Positions 8,841 through 17,756 of a stretch of DNA of 64,000 nt are shown here, piece after piece. Position 1 is the first letter of the stretch; each line of letters opens with the position of its first letter. The DNA is from Spirochaetaceae bacterium UBA5556 (GTDB lineage: Bacteria > Spirochaetota > Spirochaetia > Treponematales > Rectinemataceae): contig DIMW01000002.1 in NCBI GenBank assembly GCA_002425765.1, positions 106,590 through 170,589 of the forward strand, given 5' to 3'. A program made the position numbers and the translations under genes. The notes beneath the pieces are model-generated. The model was given only the letters and a program-made list of their open reading frames with translations. It had not been told where the DNA came from and did not search any database.

Positions 8841-10034
8841 ATGACCGAGGTTGAAAAAAACTCGATTTCCCGGGAGTTTGAAAAAGAGCTCCTGGACAAT
8901 ATCGTCCCATTCTGGGAAAAATTCAGCATCGACGGAGAGGCCGGCGGTTATTTCTCCTGTCTCGGCAGAGACGGAACCATATTCGACACCGACAAGTTCC
9001 TGTGGATGCAGGGGCGCGAGCTGTGGTGCTGGTCGCATCTGTATCGGACGACAGACCGGAAAACGCAGTGGCTGGAGATGGCCGCGCGGGGCGCCGAATT
9101 TGTCCGCAAGTTCGGCAAGGCGCCCAACGGCGATTATTATTTCTCCCTTGACAGGCGGGGGGTGCCGCTCGTTCAGCCCTACAACATCTTCTCCGACTGT
9201 TTCTGCGCCGCGGGGCTCGCGGAATATGGCAGGATATCGGGGGCTTCATGGGCCATCGAGAGCTCTCTCGAAACGTGGCGCCGGATTCAGGAGCGTAAGT
9301 CGAACCCCAAGGGGGTCTGGACGAAACAGATAGGCGAGAACAGGCCCGTCCGCGCCATGGCGCTGCCCATGATCCAGCTCTGGCTCAGCCAGGTGTTCGA
9401 TGGGCTCATCCAGGCCAACGCGCTGATTCCCATTGTCGCCGGGAGTGTACGATCGATACTCACACTGCACATAGACCGGCAGAAAAAAGTGGTCTTCGAA
9501 AGAATGCTGCCTGATGGAAGCCATCCCCAGGGAATGGAAGGAAGACTGCTTTCGCCTGGGCACGCTCTCGAGACGCTATGGTTTACGCTCAATGCCATCA
9601 ATACATATGGAGATGACGCCCTCTCCCTGACAAACTTCGGTGTGGAAGAGGCCAGCTCGCTGCTCACGGAGGCCATGCTCTGGACCATAGAGAGGGGCTG
9701 GGACTCCAGCTACGGCGGCATCTACTATTATCTTGACTATGAGGGCTTTCCTCCGGAAAAGCTGGAGTGGGATATGAAGCTCTGGTGGGTTCACGCAGAG
9801 GCTCTCTGCGCATTCCTTCTGGCCTACAAAACGACAGGGAACAAGAAATTCTCCGACTGGTTCGAAATAATTAAGACCTGGACTTGGGATCACTTCAGAG
9901 ATCCTGAGTTTGGAGAGTGGTTCGGCTATCTCCACAGGGACGGCACTCCCTCGCTGCTTCAGAAAGGGGGAAAATGGAAGGGAATGTTCCATATTCCACG
10001 CGCGCTCATTGAATGCATGAAGATGTGCAATTAA
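8841..10034 (+). CDS. N-acylglucosamine 2-epimerase (AGE/RenBP) family protein
   Basis: AGE-family stretches: LLDNIVPFWEKFSIDGEAGGYF, WMQGRELWCWSHLY, WWVHAEALCAFLLAY, GEWFGYLHRDG. AGGAG SD upstream. Confidence 0.85.
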   Translation: MTEVEKNSISREFEKELLDNIVPFWEKFSIDGEAGGYFSCLGRDGTIFDTDKFLWMQGRELWCWSHLYRTTDRKTQWLEMAARGAEFVRKFGKAPNGDYYFSLDRRGVPLVQPYNIFSDCFCAAGLAEYGRISGASWAIESSLETWRRIQERKSNPKGVWTKQIGENRPVRAMALPMIQLWLSQVFDGLIQANALIPIVAGSVRSILTLHIDRQKKVVFERMLPDGSHPQGMEGRLLSPGHALETLWFTLNAINTYGDDALSLTNFGVEEASSLLTEAMLWTIERGWDSSYGGIYYYLDYEGFPPEKLEWDMKLWWVHAEALCAFLLAYKTTGNKKFSDWFEIIKTWTWDHFRDPEFGEWFGYLHRDGTPSLLQKGGKWKGMFHIPRALIECMKMCN

Positions 10035-10072
10035 AATATTTCCGCACTATAATTCACCATGCAGGAGCCCCT

Positions 10073-11023
10073 ATGAATCAGCAGTGGATTTTTGGCATCG
10101 ATGGCGGAGGAACGTCGACCCGGCTGAGGGTCGAGAGCTTAAAAAGAGAGTTTTTATATCAGGCGGAAGGGCCAAGCCTCAACCCGCGTTCGGTAGGTTG
10201 GAACGGTTCCCGCAAGACGCTTGAGGGGCTCTTTTCGGCGATGTACGCGGCGACTGGCCTGGATTCGGACAATTGCATGGCGGGCTTTGCCGGTGTGGCT
10301 GGCATCGACAGAAGCGAAGACACGGGGACTATGCGTGGCATCATCCGCGACGCTGGGAAACTCGGCCCGGACACCAATGTGGAAGTGCGAAACGATTCGA
10401 TTCCGGCGCTCGCGGGCGCCTTCGGTGAACTACGCGGCATTCTGCTGATCGCGGGGACGGGTTCCATCGCGGTGGGAGCGGACGGGGCGGGACGCATCAT
10501 TCGCTCCGGAGGCTGGGGGCACATACTCGGCGATGAGGGATCGGCATACTGGGTCGGACTGCGCGCGCTCAATGCCGCGGCACGCTTTCACGACAGGCGG
10601 AGCCCGCAGACCGATCTTCTGGGGAGAGCGCTGGCCTATTTCGGCGAAAAAGAGCCTTTTTCGCTCATCCCTGCGGTCTATGAGCCTTTTGACAAGGCAA
10701 AAATAGCGGCGTTCGCACGCATCGTGGCGGAAGAGCGCGATCGGGGCGATGAGGTCGCGGAACAGATTTTCAAGAATGCCGCCGAAGAACTGGCGCTGCT
10801 CGCCATCTCTGTCGCGACTCGGCTCGGAGAGACGCAATCCGGTGGGCGCATCGCCTTTGCGGGTGGTTTCCTTGCCAACAATGAGCGGTTATGGCACGAT
10901 ACCGAAGCGCGGATTCTCTCCGTATTGCCGCGCCACCGAATAGTTTCGCCACAGGCGGACGCGACGGCGGGAGCCTGTCTACTCGCTCTAACCAATGCCG
11001 GACAGAGAAGAGACCTGGACTAG
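10073..11023 (+). CDS. BadF/BadG/BcrA/BcrD-type sugar kinase (GlcNAc/MurNAc kinase, MurK-like)
   Basis: ASKHA phosphate-1 motif IFGIDGGGTSTRL, then LIAGTGSI and GGWGHILGDEGSAYW. Start moved to ATG 10073 (GCAGGAG SD 6 nt upstream). Confidence 0.8.
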   Translation: MNQQWIFGIDGGGTSTRLRVESLKREFLYQAEGPSLNPRSVGWNGSRKTLEGLFSAMYAATGLDSDNCMAGFAGVAGIDRSEDTGTMRGIIRDAGKLGPDTNVEVRNDSIPALAGAFGELRGILLIAGTGSIAVGADGAGRIIRSGGWGHILGDEGSAYWVGLRALNAAARFHDRRSPQTDLLGRALAYFGEKEPFSLIPAVYEPFDKAKIAAFARIVAEERDRGDEVAEQIFKNAAEELALLAISVATRLGETQSGGRIAFAGGFLANNERLWHDTEARILSVLPRHRIVSPQADATAGACLLALTNAGQRRDLD

Positions 11024-11047
11024 AGCAGCCAGTGATGGGAACCCGCG

Positions 11048-11914
11048 CTAATTTCTGCTGCTTGCCAGATACACGCCGGCGATGGCAATGACGGCTCCTA
11101 TAATCTGCAACAGACTGAGCCTTTCTCTTAAAATCACATACGAGGCCGCCACCGAAACCACTGGGATCAGGTTGATGAACACGCTCGACCTCCCTGGGCC
11201 GAGGCGCTCGAGCACGATGACATAGAGCCAGTAGCCGATGGCAGAGCCGAAAATGCCGAGGAACGCGGCATTCAGAAGAGCGGTCGCGGAAAGCCCGGTC
11301 CACACCTGCCGCTCCACGAGCGCAAAAGGAATGCACCCTATGGCACCGATGATCATCTGCCAAAATGTAATGGTCAGCATCGGATAGCGCCCCGAAAGCG
11401 GTTTTGTGATAAATCCGTAGGCCACCCACGAAAGCACGGCCCCTACCATAAAAAGATAGCCAATCGGGGAGGATGTCGCGCTCTCGGAACGCAGCACTAT
11501 GAGTGTGACTCCCGCGAAGGAGAGCAGGATGCCCAGGACAACCAACCTGGGCGGCCGCGCTCGATACAACGGTATCTCGCAAAGGAGAGTCACGACCGGA
11601 ATCGCGCCGACGATGAGCGATGATTCCGACGCGGTGAGACGTAAAATGCCGTTATTCTCAAAGTAAAAATAGAGTGTGACACCGACGAGGCCGCTCAGGG
11701 AAAGCAGGGGAACATCGCGCCAGGCGACCCGAAATTCGACCCGCGTTATCACCATGACGAGCGCGAGCAGAATCGAAGCGATGACAAAGCGGAAGAGCGA
11801 AAGGCTCATCGGCCCGAATTCGCGGAGCGCCACCTTGATGGAGAGAAAGGTCATACCCCAGATGACCGCGACTACGACACCGAAGAGTGTCGCGGCGCCT
11901 TGCCTTTGTTTCAT
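11048..11914 (-). CDS. EamA/DMT-family transporter
   Basis: About 10 TM helices in two EamA-like halves. No soluble domains. Confidence 0.85.
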   Translation of the reverse strand: MKQRQGAATLFGVVVAVIWGMTFLSIKVALREFGPMSLSLFRFVIASILLALVMVITRVEFRVAWRDVPLLSLSGLVGVTLYFYFENNGILRLTASESSLIVGAIPVVTLLCEIPLYRARPPRLVVLGILLSFAGVTLIVLRSESATSSPIGYLFMVGAVLSWVAYGFITKPLSGRYPMLTITFWQMIIGAIGCIPFALVERQVWTGLSATALLNAAFLGIFGSAIGYWLYVIVLERLGPGRSSVFINLIPVVSVAASYVILRERLSLLQIIGAVIAIAGVYLASSRN

Positions 11915-11964
11915 GATGCCCCATGCTAATGAGAGAATTTACGCCTGTCCATAGGCCCTTCTTA

Positions 11965-11973
11965 TGGTATACT
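11965..11973 (+). promoter_or_regulatory. Extended -10 element (TGgTATACT) 7 nt upstream of the hutH ATG; candidate leaderless transcript
   Basis: TG at 11965-11966 and TATACT at 11968-11973. Only 7 nt (CGAAGGC) separate it from ATG 11981, and no usable SD is present. Confidence 0.45.
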
Positions 11974-11980
11974 CGAAGGC

Positions 11981-13567
11981 ATGGATGAAGTGATCATCGA
12001 CGGCTGTTCGCTCTCAATCGCAATGCTTGTCGCGGTGGCCCGCCACAGAGTACCGGTCCGGCTTGACCCCGATGCCGAGGAGCGCATGCTCGCTTCGAGA
12101 AAGGTCGTCGAGCTCGCGGTCAGAAAAAAACAGGTAAAATACGGCATTACGACCGGATTCGGAAAATTCTGCGATGTCCTTATTTCGGAAGAAGACAATG
12201 CGCTGCTCCAGAAGAACCTGATAATGAGCCACGCGTGCGGCCAGGGCGAACCTTTGGCGGCGGAAATCGTCCGGGCGATGATGGTACTGAGAGCGAACGC
12301 GCTGGCGGTGGGAAATAGCGGTGTACGACCGCTTGTCGTGCGGCATATTCTACAGCTCGTCAACGCCGGTGTGGTGCCGGTTGTCCCTGAGAAAGGATCG
12401 CTTGGCGCCTCGGGCGATTTGGCGCCGCTCGCGCACATCGCCCTGGTGCTGATCGGGATGGGCGAGGCGGAGTACGGGGGGGACCGCATGGCCGGTGCGC
12501 TCGCCCTCGCCGAGGCGCACATTCCGCCGCTCGTGCTCGAACCGAAAGAGGGGCTCGCGCTCATCAACGGGACGCAGGCGATGACGGCGATCGGCGCGCT
12601 GGCTGTCTACGATGCCCTCATGCTCTACCGGAGCGCGACCATCGCGTCCGCCATGACGTTTCAAGCGCTCCGGGGGATTACCGAGGCCCTCGACCCGCGC
12701 ATCCATGAGCTGAGAAGACAAAAATCTCAGATTGAAGCGGCACAGGACCTGCGGCGTCTGCTCGAAGACTCGCTCCTGACAACCAAACCTTCGGGGATGC
12801 GGGTGCAGGATGCGTATGCCCTCCGCTGTATTCCCCAGGTCCACGGCGCCTGCCTCGCCGCCATTGAGCATGTATGGGACGTGATCGCCGCGGAACTGAA
12901 CGCGGTCACGGACAACCCGCTCATTTTCCCGCACGTGCTCCGCGAGGGAGGCGATATCCTCTCGGGAGGAAACTTCCACGGCGAGCCTCTGGCGCTCGCG
13001 CTCGACTATCTGGGAATCGCGGCATCGGAACTGGCGAACCTCTCGGAGCGCCGGCTTGAGAGAATGGTCAATCCGGCCCTGTCCGAAGGCTTGCCGGCCT
13101 TTCTCACCATCAACGGCGGACTCAATTCAGGCTTCATGATCGTCCAGTACAGCGCCGCAAGCCTTGTGTCTGAAAACAAAGTGCTCGCGCACCCCGCGAG
13201 CGTGGATTCAATCCCGTCGAGCGCAAATCAGGAAGACCACGTATCCATGGGAACCATCGCCGCGCGCAAAGCCAGACAGATCATCGACAACGCCGGACGG
13301 GTTGTCGCGATGGAGACACTCGCGGCCTGTCAGGCACTCGATCTGCGGGCGATTCAGCTCGGGCTCCCGACGATTGAAAATTCACTGTCGCCCGCGACAG
13401 TTCCGGCGTACCGAACGGTACGGGCGGCGGTCAAGTTCGCCGAGCGGGATCGCACGATGTATCCGGATATCGACGCGGCAGTGACACTCCTGCATGATGA
13501 TACGCTGCCCCAGAGCATAGAGCATTGGAGCTGGAATCCCGAACCCGTTGTCCCTTGCGAAGATTAA
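11981..13567 (+). CDS. hutH: Histidine ammonia-lyase
   Basis: MIO-forming motif GSLGASGDLAPLAH. Aromatic ammonia-lyase family conservation throughout (NGTQAM, QDAYALRC, GNFHGEP). Confidence 0.95.
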   Translation: MDEVIIDGCSLSIAMLVAVARHRVPVRLDPDAEERMLASRKVVELAVRKKQVKYGITTGFGKFCDVLISEEDNALLQKNLIMSHACGQGEPLAAEIVRAMMVLRANALAVGNSGVRPLVVRHILQLVNAGVVPVVPEKGSLGASGDLAPLAHIALVLIGMGEAEYGGDRMAGALALAEAHIPPLVLEPKEGLALINGTQAMTAIGALAVYDALMLYRSATIASAMTFQALRGITEALDPRIHELRRQKSQIEAAQDLRRLLEDSLLTTKPSGMRVQDAYALRCIPQVHGACLAAIEHVWDVIAAELNAVTDNPLIFPHVLREGGDILSGGNFHGEPLALALDYLGIAASELANLSERRLERMVNPALSEGLPAFLTINGGLNSGFMIVQYSAASLVSENKVLAHPASVDSIPSSANQEDHVSMGTIAARKARQIIDNAGRVVAMETLAACQALDLRAIQLGLPTIENSLSPATVPAYRTVRAAVKFAERDRTMYPDIDAAVTLLHDDTLPQSIEHWSWNPEPVVPCED

Positions 13568-13606
13568 GTCTACTATTGTATCAACCTTGTATCAGGAGCA
13601 TCCCAA

Positions 13607-16600
13607 ATGGTAACCAAGCGCGATCATGGCATACATCTTGACAGAACTTCCCCGCAGGAACGATCCAGGCTTATTTCCTATATCAACATCAAGCTGCAGA
13701 GCCTCGGCCTGCCGGTATATTCAAAAGAGGGAACGGGCTTTGTGCAGCTCGCTGCCGATATGCTCGAGAGCTTCAGACAGAAGGACAGGTTACTTCCCAG
13801 AATTCTTCCTCCCGCGGACCAGCGGATTCAAAACTTCATCGACAAGTACTTGGCGGACCTCGGCCTCGCGCGAGTGCCGCAGATTCCCGCCAACACGCTG
13901 GTGCTCGACCGCTACGGCATGGCACGGGAGCTCTCCCTGCCTCCCGACGGACACAAGCACGTCTCTCCCACACTCACCTCATACCGTGTGCGGAACGGTG
14001 TGCTGCACAATCCCAAAAATGACCGAAGGACCACCGAAGGAGTCTTCCACATCACCGAAGGCGGCCTCCCTATCCCGCCCGATAAAAAAGCGGTTCCGAA
14101 ACTCACCTTTGCGAAGATACTTGAAGCGGCGCTGAACCCTCCTATGGAATTGCTCGAAATCCCCTTCACAGCAGGCGAGAATGACAAGGCTCACGCCTTT
14201 GTCTCGGTCTTGATGCGCCCGATCGTGCGCCCGGAGATCCCCGGCTACTGCGAGGAGCGCTCCATGGAAGTGCGCTTCTTCGCGCCCGGTTCGCTCGTGG
14301 CGAATGTCGACTTCGTCGAAAGCATTTTCGGCAACTCCGGCGACCCCTTCATCCCCGAAAATGACGCCTCGATCGACCCTGTGCACTGGACAGGTACCAC
14401 CGGCTGCATCATCCTCGCTACCCACCTCACGGAGATCACCAAAAAGGAAGTCGGGCTGCCGCACTGGGACCATGCGACCGAGCGTCAGCGCCGCGACGGC
14501 ATGTGCTGGCGCGAGCCCACCGAAAAATACAACGACGGTCGGGCTTTCAAGCTCACCGCGCGCGATGAATCCGGTATCATCATCACCGTCATCGCCGACA
14601 ACTACTTCGGGTACTCAAAAAAGGAGATCAAATCCCATATCTCCTACTCCGCCAACCTCCTCGGCCTCGTCGAGGAAGAGCACTCCGGTGGCGCCCTCGT
14701 CTTCCCATCCTATAACCTTGGCACACGCTTCGTGCCCGACACAAACCTCAAATCCAAGGGGCACAGTCTGCACGATGTCTATACCATCATGCGCGGCCGC
14801 ATTGAGATGAGAGAGGAAGGCTACGCAGGCGACCTCACGTTCCCCAACATCATCTATCTGCCCGAAGATGCCTATATATCGCTTGAAGACCAGAAAGCGC
14901 ACTGGGTGAGCGATGGCAGAGAAGAATCCCTGCTCATCCTTCCGGGATACATCTATGTGCATCCGACGGGCTATCGCGTGCACATGGAGCGCCACCCCGC
15001 GTCCGGTGCCTGGCGCCTCATCGGCACTTCGGCCGAGGGATTGCTCTGCCACAAGCCCTGCACCGTGTCCGGCGGCGGCAAGTCCGAAATCGCGAAGTCG
15101 ATCAACGACGCGATCACTTACATGCCCATCATCATCGCCGACTTCGAAAAAGACATGAAGGCCGTAAAAGGGATCATCGAAAACGATTACGGCAACCGCT
15201 TCCGCGACGAAGCGGAAAATCACGGGAAAGACGCGCGGCCGGTGCTCTCTCCGAAACGCTCGCTCGGATCGGTGATCAAGCTTCTTTCCCCATCGCCCGC
15301 CTACAACGACGAATACAACGAGTGGCTTCGCTCGATTCCCGAACGCATAAAGAGCCTCGTTTTCCTGGTCAAGCGCTTCTACCAGCCGGACTGGGGGGAC
15401 AGCTGGGCTTCGCATTTCTCGGTCGACGCGGTCAACGGCACAACGGGCAATATCCTCAAGTTCGAAGGGCGGCCGATCATGGGTTCCTACCTCCGTGTGG
15501 GTAAAAACGAAAATGGCATGAACCGGTTCTTCAAGCTGAGGCAGGATTTCATGCCCGCGTTCAAGCTCCAGTGGGAAGACGACATTTCGGCGTCGATCAT
15601 CGTTCCTGTGGACCAGCTCGAGGACCTGCCCGAGTGGGCTTCGAATCACGTAAGTCTCAAATTCGCGAAGAACTGCGAGGCACGCTTCTTCCAGCGCCCC
15701 GACGACGCCATCATCCGCGGCTACGACAAGCAGACAGAAAAAGACCTGTCGCGCCAGGACAATTATATCTCGAACTTCGAGCCTCTCACTCGCTCCGACG
15801 CCGCGCACATCATCGAAAACACGGTTCATTTCTACGAATACACTGATCCCATGCGGAAGTTCATCGAGGAGACTGAAAAAGACCCCAATTACGAATATTT
15901 TGTGGCTTCCAACCGCTTCAGGCTTGTCGATGGTGCTCCCTCCAAAAACCCGCGCTACCTCCAGCTCGATCCTACCTATGTCAATCCGCAGGCGCGATAT
16001 CTCGCCGAGCTTGGGCCACGGCTCTATCGCCGGATACCCGCGGACAAGCCGCTTCCCCAGCCCGTCGGCGCGGTGCTGCCCGGCAGACGCAACAATCCTC
16101 CCGATCCTAAAACGGGCATACGACCACTCGCCGTCTATGGACCGATTCACTATCAGGAACTGCCCGAACTCTTTATGGACTTCGTGTGCTCCCTCACAGG
16201 AAAGAGCCCGTCGACCACCGGCGCCGGCAGCGAGGGCGCGCTCACAAAAGGGCCCTTCAATGCCCTTGTGCCCACCAGCGATCTCAACAACGCCCTTCTC
16301 GGCTTCATTCTGACCGGATATTCGGGCTTCACTACGGCGGCCGGGCATATTGGGCACAAGTATAAAATGGATCACGATATATCTCTCATGATGCCCGAGC
16401 TGTGGGCGCGCCTGGGTCCCGAGGAACGCGATCCGGAATTTCTGAAGGGCCATGGCTACCTCGAAAAAGTCGAAGATTTTAAATATAAGGGAAAACTAAT
16501 CCCCGCCTCGAGGCTTGGGTGGCGCATAACACCTCTCTTTGCCGCATCATATCTGGGAAGGCTGTTCGACACGCCTTCTGTGGTATTCCCCGATGACATG

Positions 16601-17083
16601 CTGAGGCCCGAGCTCCAGTCTCTTGAGGAATTCGTCGATGGTATCGAGAATATCGCCGCGGCGATGGAAAAATCCGCCAAAGCCTACTTTGAAGACGGAT
16701 CGTACGAAGCCGCGATACCACCGCTCAAAGCGGTGCTCTCCGTCATGGCGTACGGCAACTATGAGGGCAAAAGCATCCAGGATCCGGAAGTGCGCATGCT
16801 TTTCGACCGTGAGTGCGTGCTCGCCTCGGACTGGTACAAAGCGCGACTCGAGCATTACCGAGAACATGAAATCGCCTATATCGAGTCGTCGATCTCCTAC
16901 CTGCGCAAATTCCTCGCGGAGCGAGCCGAGCCCAATAGTCTGACCGAGCGCAGAGTGCAGGCCGAACTCTCAAGCGCCCACAGCCGGCTTGAGCAGCTCA
17001 TGGCCCCTAATTACCCCAAAAGAATATGGGGCTCGATTGGGCTCGATCCTCTGTACAAGGGAGAGGTGAAGGTAGAAAGGTAG
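13607..17083 (+). CDS. Large (1158 aa) soluble protein; tentatively PPi-type phosphoenolpyruvate carboxykinase-like
   Basis: Uninterrupted 3.5-kb ORF with an AGGAG SD 8 nt upstream, starting 39 nt after hutH. No signal peptide or TM helix. CTVSGGGKSEIAKS followed by IIIADFE resembles the PEPCK kinase-1a P-loop (GLSGTGKTT) and the downstream acidic motif (IGDDEH). The size matches the roughly 130-kDa PPi-PEPCKs described in Entamoeba and Propionibacterium. The coding call is secure; the functional call is from memory and unverified. Confidence 0.55.
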   Translation: MVTKRDHGIHLDRTSPQERSRLISYINIKLQSLGLPVYSKEGTGFVQLAADMLESFRQKDRLLPRILPPADQRIQNFIDKYLADLGLARVPQIPANTLVLDRYGMARELSLPPDGHKHVSPTLTSYRVRNGVLHNPKNDRRTTEGVFHITEGGLPIPPDKKAVPKLTFAKILEAALNPPMELLEIPFTAGENDKAHAFVSVLMRPIVRPEIPGYCEERSMEVRFFAPGSLVANVDFVESIFGNSGDPFIPENDASIDPVHWTGTTGCIILATHLTEITKKEVGLPHWDHATERQRRDGMCWREPTEKYNDGRAFKLTARDESGIIITVIADNYFGYSKKEIKSHISYSANLLGLVEEEHSGGALVFPSYNLGTRFVPDTNLKSKGHSLHDVYTIMRGRIEMREEGYAGDLTFPNIIYLPEDAYISLEDQKAHWVSDGREESLLILPGYIYVHPTGYRVHMERHPASGAWRLIGTSAEGLLCHKPCTVSGGGKSEIAKSINDAITYMPIIIADFEKDMKAVKGIIENDYGNRFRDEAENHGKDARPVLSPKRSLGSVIKLLSPSPAYNDEYNEWLRSIPERIKSLVFLVKRFYQPDWGDSWASHFSVDAVNGTTGNILKFEGRPIMGSYLRVGKNENGMNRFFKLRQDFMPAFKLQWEDDISASIIVPVDQLEDLPEWASNHVSLKFAKNCEARFFQRPDDAIIRGYDKQTEKDLSRQDNYISNFEPLTRSDAAHIIENTVHFYEYTDPMRKFIEETEKDPNYEYFVASNRFRLVDGAPSKNPRYLQLDPTYVNPQARYLAELGPRLYRRIPADKPLPQPVGAVLPGRRNNPPDPKTGIRPLAVYGPIHYQELPELFMDFVCSLTGKSPSTTGAGSEGALTKGPFNALVPTSDLNNALLGFILTGYSGFTTAAGHIGHKYKMDHDISLMMPELWARLGPEERDPEFLKGHGYLEKVEDFKYKGKLIPASRLGWRITPLFAASYLGRLFDTPSVVFPDDMLRPELQSLEEFVDGIENIAAAMEKSAKAYFEDGSYEAAIPPLKAVLSVMAYGNYEGKSIQDPEVRMLFDRECVLASDWYKARLEHYREHEIAYIESSISYLRKFLAERAEPNSLTERRVQAELSSAHSRLEQLMAPNYPKRIWGSIGLDPLYKGEVKVER

Positions 17084-17155
17084 AAAGCTCAGGCCTGTGC
17101 GGAGGGCGCGTCCTCTCGGATTTGCGGCTTCCAGAACTGCGCCCCGCGCTTCAAG

Positions 17156-17184
17156 TTGACATCGGAATCGGATTGATATATCAT
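17156..17184 (+). promoter_or_regulatory. Candidate strong sigma70 promoter for the DOMON/b561-like pair (near-leaderless)
   Basis: TTGACA (17156-17161), 17-nt spacer, TATCAT (17179-17184). Only 8 nt lie between it and ATG 17193, with no SD. Confidence 0.5.
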
Positions 17185-17192
17185 TTTGAATC

Positions 17193-17756
17193 ATGAAAAT
17201 GAAAGCTTTGTCTATGGCGCTGGTGCTTCTATTTGTGGCCTCGGTGCCGGCAGTATTTGCGGTCAATGTGGATGGCTCAATTTCCAGCGGCGAATATTCC
17301 AAACAGGCAGTCTTCGACAAAGGAAATTTTCAGCTTCTTTGGGAATTCGAGGGCGACAAAGTGTTCATGGCGATCGTCGCAAAGACGCAAGGTTGGGTTG
17401 CAATCGGATTCAATCCCTCGACGGTCATGGCCAACGCCGACATGGTCCTCGGACTTGTCAAGGATCAAAACAATGTCCAGGCTATCGATGAATGGTCCTC
17501 CGGTATATTCGGACCCCATTCGCCCGACGTCGATCAGGGGGGCACGTCTGACATCCTCTCGTTTGCAGGAACACGGACCGGCGATACGGTCGTATTTGAA
17601 TTCTCCCGTCTTTTGAATACCGGCGACAAATTCGACAAGGTGATTCCGACCTCGGGCAAATTTAAAATCATCTGGGCCTATGGCCCGTCATTGGACATGA
17701 CTGCAAAACACAAAAAAGCGGGCAGCGCTACGATTCAAATGGAAGGACAAAAATGA
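17193..17756 (+). CDS. Secreted DOMON-domain protein (candidate haem-b or sugar-binding beta-sandwich)
   Basis: Signal peptide MKMKALSMALVLLFVASVPAVFA. DOMON-like pattern GWVAIGFNP...ADMVLG and IIWAYG. Met79/Met84 and His173 sit where Met/His axial ligands occur in haem DOMONs (analogy only). Confidence 0.7.
   Translation: MKMKALSMALVLLFVASVPAVFAVNVDGSISSGEYSKQAVFDKGNFQLLWEFEGDKVFMAIVAKTQGWVAIGFNPSTVMANADMVLGLVKDQNNVQAIDEWSSGIFGPHSPDVDQGGTSDILSFAGTRTGDTVVFEFSRLLNTGDKFDKVIPTSGKFKIIWAYGPSLDMTAKHKKAGSATIQMEGQK

Noticed and set aside
14615-16453. 612-aa minus-strand ORF inside the 1158-aa gene
   Set aside because: It is a shadow ORF with biased Arg/Ala/Gly/Val composition. The plus-strand frame has the SD, a conserved-looking motif structure and a sensible operon context.
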